From positions 93,186,001 through 93,250,000 of the forward strand of contig OX597819.1 of assembly GCA_951406725.2 (NCBI GenBank): 64,000 nucleotides of DNA. The letters run 5' to 3'. The stretch is from Octopus vulgaris. Taxonomy: Eukaryota. The stretch's first letter is position 1, and each line of letters begins with the position of its first letter. Made by a program: the position numbers and the translations under genes. The notes under the pieces were generated by a model. The model did no database searches. It was given only the letters and a program-made list of their open reading frames with translations, and had not been told where the DNA came from. Positions 54,801 through 64,000 of the stretch are shown here, piece after piece.

Positions 54801-56617
54801 AATAAAATGCACAGGAAATATCCTTTCACTTCTTTCGCATTTCGTGACTGCATTCTTTCTTTATAGAGTGTTTAGTCTGCACATGAGCAGGTCAGTTACA
54901 TGAAGCATATATAGAAGCATACAGTCTATTTTTCGATGTATTCAGCCTGCACTGGATGGATTATCTGTATGGATACGATGAGGAAATACACCCCACCAAA
55001 ATATAAGATTTGATGGTGTAGGAATGAAAAATTGGCTGAGGAAAACCTTTAACTGTAACAAATATATGTGTAGAACTATTGCACACAAGTAAATCATTTT
55101 TTTAGCAGGATTTGATCATTTTGTTGTAATTAGTATTTGATATTAAACTTGACATTTGACTGCAACACTCAGGCTGTATTTTTCGAGTTTTAAACTGAGG
55201 ACAATAGGCAGACGTTTAACCAAAAGCTGGACCTATTTTCAATACAGAAATACTCTTGTTGCCAAGCTCGTAGAACAATATGCAGTCATGCCTTGCATTT
55301 AAACTTTTAAAGTGCCTAATTTACTCCAACAATCTATAGCTATCTTTCCTATTTCAAGCATGCTCCTTCACGCTTAGCCTATAAACACACGGGATTGCAG
55401 TATTGGGAATATGTGACTTATCTCCAGGTATTTACACTCGTTTAATTACTATTATGAAGTTTTAGCAATGGTTGGTTATAAGGGTAAGGAGACTGCCTTG
55501 TAGATGAGTCAGTTAACGTATCCATAATTAGCCAACGGAAAGTAGCAATTTAACTTGACTAGTTAAATATAGCTGACTTAATCGCCCCGGTTAACAGCAC
55601 CACATATCCCCCGGGCGTCTTTATGGAGGTTTATGTTGTTAGCACTTGAGTCAAGTCTCTAGTTAGAAGATTATATTTCCTCCCCCCTCCTCTCTCTCAC
55701 TATCTATCTATCTGTCTGTCTATCTCTCACGCGTCCCGGAGATCCTGAAATTTGGTAATTGACGGTGCTTTTCCTTCTCTGACCAAGCCATTAAAAAGGG
55801 TTCAAAGTTCAGCGACAGGTAACAACAGTGCATGTAAAGAGCAATGCCTTTTTCTTTTTAAAGCCTTCCTGAACACGATTAAATTTCTATCAAGGTAAAT
55901 ATTTTTAAAATTATATTTTTAAGTATTCAAAAAGTCTGTAAAATGGGATTTTCAATTGACTGCGAAAGTTGGGGTAAATTTTGAAGTATTAGAATTTGCT
56001 TCGTCAGACAGCGAAAAGGTTATAATACATCTTTTATCTTCAACAAAACAAGAAAAACATTCATCTTTTTATCTCAGCTCCTAACGCACCAAGTAATACA
56101 AATTAGTGTTGATACTAAATGTAAAGCTGTAGCCTTGTTTCATAGCGCAACAAATTAATTTGGTAAGAAACGCGCAGAAACCACTCAGAAAGATACGGGT
56201 CGACTGCCATAAAATTACAGAGATTAAAACAAAACCATTCTACGATTTTCTGCTGTCAGTTTGTTTACTCTATCCGGGTATTTACTGGTTTTCTACTATC
56301 GATGTTATGAAAAAGATTGTGCAGAAGATAAAGGGGAATATTAAATGCCTTGCAATTTCAAGCTGATATTCTTCGATCCCGTATCCGAACTCTACCATCG
56401 TGGACTTCATTTTCAATATTCTTAAGGTTAATAACATATGTATGGTAATACGCTATATCATACACTATCTATCTAACAAAATGGCTTCATTTCTAACCTT
56501 CAAGCGATTTTGTAAATACAAGAAAATGTAATTATTCCTCTTGTTTTTACCCGAGAGAAAGCAGTTTTCTCAGAGAATTTTAATTGAAAGACGTTTCCCT
56601 TTAGCCTCTTCTACCCC

Positions 56618-56683
<66 letters not shown>

Positions 56684-58734
56684 ATAAAGGACTCCACTTC
56701 GCAGGACAATAGCTCCTCGTCCCATGGAGTATAAACTTATTCAAATTCGCAAATTTCACTAAATATTTTTACCGAGATGACCAACATAAGTTTCCCAAGA
56801 TACTTCTTTCACATTTTTTTAAAAATTCATTTCGTCTGCAGTTTCCTTTCCTTCATAAATCATGTGATTTCATACGAATTTCTAATCAGCATTTCATTTG
56901 TCCTATCATTTTAGAAGAGAAATTCTAAAATTTTAATTCTATATATCTTTCTTGCACTCCGTAACTTTCCATGTCTCGCGGTCTTACAATTACAGTTTTG
57001 GACATACGTGATTCCAGAAAATACTTATTTATCGTCCAATCATGAATTTTGTTTATTTCAAACATACCAGTTGGGATCAATCATTTATGACTCTGTACAT
57101 TATGAACCTTTCTTGTGTGGATAATGCGATTCCGCGAACTGTACAATGAACACTGGATAGAAATTTACTTAGCCCTCCCATCCCAGCCAAGTCACGAAAG
57201 AGTATTCATTGGTAAAAATCAATAAGAAAACGATGAAACAATACAGATGCAGACAGGCATACAATGATAAAAACATAAACAGCAAAATATAATCGGATAC
57301 GTAAATATATTTAGACAAGCAGGCGAAACAAACTGTCAAATACTGAAAACGACGACGTTAGAGACAGAATATTCTTCCATTTCGATGATTCTGTATTTTG
57401 TTTAAATTCCTTTTTAGTTCTCTCTCTCTTTCTTTCTCTCTCTTTCTTCCTCTCTCTTTCTCCCAAATTGAAACTGTTTTTAGTTCTGTGATTAAGAGCA
57501 TAAATCGTGAAATTATGTTGAAATTGGTCTTGTTGCGTGAACAGAATTACAGATTCGTATAAAAACCTGCTAAATGAGATTTTATTGTCATTTAAATGCA
57601 ACATTAATCGATAATCGGTATTAGAAAGTGTTAAATGAGAAACAACCACAACACCAAGAACAAAACATCAGTAATCCCAATTATCAAAGGACAATCAACT
57701 GAAGGACGTTAACAAAATGTTAGCACGAAGGAAATAAGAGAAAGAAAACATTGTAAAAAAAGGGAAACACGAATCTCATTAATTGTATATTTAAAGTAAG
57801 TCGTGTAAAAAATGCATATTTGGTAGAATTATGAAATAATTGTAAGGATATTGTTCCATATAAAATTTGATTGGATATTTTTCAGAGAAATTAGTTAAAT
57901 GTTTATAATGATTGGGCTATAAATTTTTAAATATTTATAGTTACGGAAATTACCACTAGGAAATATGAAAGATTCTATGTAATAAAATTATACATAAATA
58001 TCTATGTAACTGGAGTGGTTATCTGTAAGAAATATGCTGTTGAAAAGATGAGTATAGCTGTTTTCCTAAGGCGTTTCCGTTTTCCGTTATGAAACATTGT
58101 TCCGCTTAGAACAATAAATTCACAATCCCACTGACATTTCAAGATTTTCAGTGTTTTATCTTCCTATAGATATTACAGTATTAGCAGTTGTTATCGGCAT
58201 TGTTTTCGCTTTAGGGGAAAATATGAGTGATAATTTTGTGGACAACACGATGACAAAAATTATTCTGGAACGCTGTGAGAGAAGCAGCGGTGTATATTTA
58301 TATATGAGAATCTGCTGCAACAATAAATTGAGACTACAATGGAAAAGAAATGTAATGCATTGTAATAATATCCGAAAGCAATAACAAGCAACAATAAAAC
58401 TGACAAGAAGAATGACAGCAACAAAATGTATACCAAAGAAGTGTTATAACGAGCAACGAAAGCAAAGTCAACATTATCTGCACAAACAAAACCAGAAACG
58501 AGAACACAAATTATATTTGCAGCAAGACTCATATAAATTGTAAAGTTTATAACGAGGAGAATGTTAAACATTCATGTAAACAAGTTGTAAGGAAAGGATA
58601 GTCGGACGAGTGGAGTCTTAGAGAAATAACAGCAGAATTATTAATACGACACTACAGTAGCACAAAGACAATATAAAGGGTTGCATCAGCAGCAACAGCA
58701 ACAAAAAGGTGAGAGCAACGATTACAGTAATAGT

Positions 58735-58950
58735 AATTTCAAATTTTGGCACAAGGCCAGCAATTTCGGTTGAGGGGCTAAGTCGATTACATTGATCCCA
58801 GTATTCAACTGGTACTTCATTTATGGACCCCTAAAGGTTGAAGGGCAAAGTCGACCTCGGCAGTATTTGATCTCCGAACGTAAAGACGGTCGATATAACG
58901 CAAAGCATTTTGCCCGGCATGCTAACGATTCTACCAGATCGTAGCCTTAA
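58735..58950 (-). mobile_element. Family N SINE, older tail
   Basis: ttttggcacaaggccagcaatttc...gcaaagtcgacctcggc...gcatgctaacgattct. Confidence 0.85.
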
Positions 58951-59985
58951 TGATGACAATAATCTTGACAAAACCAATGACAGTAGATGGATCTATTGTA
59001 TAAAATGGCTACTAAATCTGCCTCGAATCACGATCACCAATCTTTAAGAAAGGAGACTACATAGTGCATATAGGGCGACAGTTATCCTATGTCTGAACTT
59101 AAGATGGGTGATCATGACTGGAATGCCTTAATGATCGATGTCCTAAGCTCACTCTCAAAAGAAAATATATATTCTCAGCTGTAATACCTTTGATCATATT
59201 TCTATTAGAAAAGAACTTATCACTTGCTAAAGGACAACAGTGCGAAACTAACTGCTCACTCTTAACCTGCTAGAAATAGCAGCTACATCTCCTATAAATC
59301 ATGTATTATCTTTCTGAAGACTCATTGAATAACATACTTATTAATATGCTACTCCTATGTGAACGCAGTAGGATTACTTTTAATCATAGGTCCGCACATT
59401 TAAAGCTCAACTAGAGTTAAGCAGTAACGGAAACTTTCAAGTAGAAAGAAACATTGGATGATGTATTCTTAGATACATTATGCACCAGTGAAAACCAAGG
59501 GGATCATTGTTGTATCGTAGATGTGCTTATTCAAAGCTAAACAGTAATTAGCCAACAAAAAGAATTTGAATAATAGTGATAACAACAAATGGTTAATATG
59601 ATCGCATGGGCTCTAGAAATTCGGTGAGATTGACCTAAGTTGTGCATATGTTTGAACATTGCTTTTTAAGACAAAATATCCTCACCCAATCGTTGGCATC
59701 ATAACTCATAATATTCTATGTTTTTGATTCACTGATATAGTCATATACTTCTTTGGAATTATAATCTCTCTCCTTCGATTTTGAAACCATGAATAATATG
59801 CAAGGCTGAGATGCGTCTAATCCCTGAAATATTAACGCCGTGTTGGTGGTCATGCTGGAAGCTAAGGGCCGCTACTCTGAGTAAACCGTTATCACTCAGT
59901 CATAATCTGGTTGACGTTTTCTGTTTTTAAATGATTTTTTTTTTGGAAGGCATATTTTGTTTTCCTTTCATGCAAACTGTCACTG

Positions 59986-60420
<435 letters not shown>

Positions 60421-61147
60421 TAGAGAGGCTGAGAGAGAGAGCATGTGTGTGAGAGAAAGGGGAGGAGAGAAAGAGTAGGAAAGAGAAAGTTTACCAGAAA
60501 TGTTGCAGATTAGGAAAATGGTGATTTAGAATTGCTCAGCAATAGAGTGGATAATAGCGTATAGATGAATAACAACAAAAAATTTAATTTGACCTTTTAG
60601 CACTAAGTATTCTTGGTATTTTGGCGAAAATTGTGCTTGCTATAAGCTGGAAACACAAAAGACACAGGTTAGTTTGAACTAAAGTGTTTGTTCTTTGCTC
60701 ACCTGAAACTATGACTGTTATATGTTCACCTGAAACTATGGGATGTTATGTATATAGATGTATGTATGCATGTATGTATGTGTGTGTGGATGTGTGTATA
60801 TATATATATATATATATGTAGATAGATGTATGTATGTGTGTGTGGGTGTATGGATATATATGTATATGCACATGTATGTAAGCGTATGGATATGAAAGTA
60901 AATAGATCAATAGACAGACGGATAATTGCATAGGTTATATGAACAAACAAGCACACATACGCAAATGAAGACTGAAACACATGACCATATATACACACAC
61001 ACTTTACTTCGCACAAAGACACATATGGAGACGCATATCCACATATGAGATACACATCCATACATACAAACACGGTACATAGTTGCAAAACTCACACACT
61101 GACACACCCACATGAGCACAAGCAAGCAAAAAAGAACGCAGTGTGAG

Positions 61148-61332
61148 TAACGGACAGAGTCAAAACTATTGAAAAGGTTGCAAGACGCAACGAAAATTTT
61201 AGAAAAGTATAAAAGAAATAAGTGGAAGATTTACCGGTAAGTGTGTTAAATTATAAGGCACCAAAAGAGAAACTCTCCCCAGACACAACAGTATATATAT
61301 ATAGATATATATATACACACACACACACACAC

Positions 61333-61374
<42 letters not shown>

Positions 61375-62026
61375 GATGAAGGAAATGGGAGATAGATTTG
61401 ATACTAGTCTTTATTCAACATGACGATCGTTTCGACCCCTCCCGCGATTGTTCTTTTATGGGTGGGAAATTGTGCGTCGATCAGGGCAGTCTGGCTCACA
61501 TCAGGTACATGCATGCATAGAGTGGTGTCTCGCTAAATATACTAAGTTCTGTGTGTGTGTGTGTACGCCTGCGCATCTGTTCATGTTAGAAAGTGTAGAC
61601 TCTCTCTCTTTAAACTTAATGTAATCTAATCTTTCATTAATGTGTCTTGCTCTCTATTGTTTTTATTTTTTATTTTTTTATAACTTTATGGTTATGTTGT
61701 TGTCTGGGGAGAGTCATTTTCTTTTGTGCCTTATAATGTAACAAACTCACCGGTGAAATTTCCACTTATTTCATAATTTTATTTTCCTAAAATTTTCGAT
61801 GCGCCTTGCAACCTTTTCAATAGTCTTGACTCTGTCCGTTATGATTATTTTGTTATGACTAATATTTAAGGACAATTGTAGCTTGCCCCATTCACTGGTT
61901 ATAACGAGGATAGAGCGGGTAAACAATGACATGCCTGCGAGAACTCAGTATATTTAGCAGGACACCACTTTATGTATGCATGTACCTGATGTGACCCAGA
62001 CTGCACTGATCGATGCAACGCAATTG
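61148..62026. repeat. Two interleaved inverted-repeat pairs of Penelope pLTR type
   Basis: Pair 1: 61148-61290 / 61696-61841. Pair 2: ~61468-61550 / ~61940-62026. Minus strand near 61410-61435 reads gtcGAAACGATCGTC, the hammerhead 3' half. Confidence 0.75.
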
Positions 62027-62226
62027 GATGCACTTGGATGCAACTGGATGCCAAATCCATCTTCCGTTTCCTTCATCAATTATCATTATCTCCACTTACA
62101 TATTGGAATTCCTGAAGTAAATCCTACGAAAAAACATACCCCAAATGTGGATGACACCGGGTCGCATAAACTGTGAAAGTGCTTTACTCAACACACTAAT
62201 TGAAAATGCAGAAAATTATATATATG

Positions 62227-62270
<44 letters not shown>

Positions 62271-62439
62271 TACATACATACATACATACATACATACATA
62301 CATACACACGCACGCGAGCGCACACAAACACACATATATATACGTATGTATGTACATATGTATGTATTCACGCGTACACTTACATTCATCGTTTCACACA
62401 CTCGTACGTGCATGTAAGCATGCATACACAGCTATTTAG

Positions 62440-62530
62440 TTGATGTTTAAAATTCAATGAGAAATCTACTTTCTAGATTAGAAACCGGATCTTTCGCCAT
62501 TGGTGAAGAATTTGATAAATATGACTTGAA
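62440..62530 (+). mobile_element. RLE retrotransposon 3'UTR remnant
   Basis: gatgtttaaaattcaatga...ctagattagaaaccggatctttc...attgg resembles 19388-19475; CATA-like context. Confidence 0.55.
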
Positions 62531-62553
62531 AATATTTATATAGGTACGTACGT

Positions 62554-62750
62554 ATAAAGGCGGTGGGCTGGCAGAAACGTTAGCACGCCGGGCGAAATGC
62601 GTAGCCGTATTTCGTCCGCCGAGGTCGACTTTGCCTTTCATCCTTTCGGGGTCGATAAATCAAGTACTGGGATCGATATAATCGACTTAATCCGTTTGTC
62701 TGTCCTTGTTTGTCCCCTCTATATTTAGCCCCTTGTGGGCAATAAAGAAA
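62554..62750 (+). mobile_element. Family N SINE, young tail, 17-bp TSD
   Basis: TSD tatataggtacgtacgt at 62537-62553 and 62751-62767. Confidence 0.93.
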
Positions 62751-63136
62751 TATATAGGTACGTACGTCTGTACGCACATGCGTACATATGTACCAGCATA
62801 CGTACATACATAACTACGTGAATTCAAATTTACATACGTACATAATACATACATACATATTAGACCCCGTTCTTTGCTTGCTTTTATAATGCTTTATATT
62901 AATTCCACTTTTTTTCCATGATGCCTGCAAAACAAATAGAAAAGGGAAAAGTAAAGAAAAAAAGCATTTTTTTATTCATTTATTGAGACACAATTTCCTG
63001 TTAATGTAGTTGTTACCGTTAATATATTTTAGTTTTATACTATCAGACCATACTAATGTCTATTACCATTGCTTTTAGTAACACAGCCAATGTTATTGCT
63101 ATAATTTCTCTTCATACTATTTGGTTTTAACGTCTG

Positions 63137-63137
<1 letters not shown>

Positions 63138-63218
<81 letters not shown>

Positions 63219-63726
63219 TACGGTTGTTATTGTTAAAGTATTGGTGGTACTGCTGTTCCTGGTAATAGTTATAATTCTCACTATTCTGGACTTTTCTATT
63301 CGAATCGAAAGTATATTTCTCTTGCGGCTTCATATAGAAATCATCTTTTTAGAAATAATGCGAGCGATTCATCATCAACTCGCTGAATACCAACAACGCA
63401 ATGATTGACTTTCTAGAAATCTTGTTACCATGGTTACGTGGATTTCACTCTAGTTAGCATTTTATTTTCTTTCTACTACAGGAATTTTCAAGTGAACTAC
63501 AGATATTTTGTTAAAAGGAAATATTTAATCTTTGTGTATTTGTTTACGTTTCGTCGTTGTCTCTGTTTTTATTTACTAATTTCATCATTATCATCATCAT
63601 TATTATTACCATCATCATCATCGTCATCATCAACTGAGGCAGCAGCGGCAGTAGCGGTGGTGGTGATAGTAGTAGTTTTAGTAATAGTAGTAGTAACAGT
63701 AGCAGAGCAGCAGCAGCAGCAACAGT

Positions 63727-63804
<78 letters not shown>

Positions 63805-63862
63805 TGTAGCAGCAGCAGCAGTAGCAGCAGTAGCAGTAGTTGCAGTAGTAGTAGCAGCAGCT
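63138..63862. repeat. (ATT)n, (ATC)n, (AGC)n and (AGT)n trinucleotide repeats
   Basis: Directly visible. Confidence 0.95.
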
Positions 63863-64000
63863 TCTGTTTGACTGTCATGCAATACTACCGTATTATTAGA
63901 CAGATTCTTAGACCTTTGAACTCCAGAAAAAGCAATCGCAGACAACGCTTTGAATCGTCATACAGAACAAATAAGGCGCCGTATATGAATGTATGCAATT

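Overview
AT-rich, microsatellite-saturated eukaryotic non-coding DNA. The SINE families and repeat load suggest an octopod/coleoid cephalopod (inference, not confirmed by search). I find no convincing intact host gene, rRNA, tRNA gene or CRISPR array, and almost all ORFs in the track are microsatellite artefacts. The window is a layered transposon graveyard. It holds three or more tRNA-derived SINE families, an internally deleted mariner, a decayed maT/Tc1-like transposase, hAT MITEs, GG-ended MITEs carrying (TTAGGG)n, and a non-autonomous Helitron. Retroelements include tandem R4/Dong-type RLE fragments in (CATA)n, Tx1/L1-clade LINE pieces always embedded in (GATA)n, a Naiad-like Penelope RT with a 464-bp inverted duplication, a C-terminal GIY-YIG Penelope fragment, and many foldbacks with hammerhead-ribozyme-like motifs. 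Most notable: (1) an apparent (GATA)n-targeting Tx1 family whose 3' end matches the tail of the youngest SINE subfamily, a putative SINE-Tx1 partnership; (2) several short locally copied (templated) insertions; (3) type I hammerhead motifs in Penelope pLTR remnants. All family assignments come from manual translation and motif recognition, and coordinates of decayed elements are approximate.
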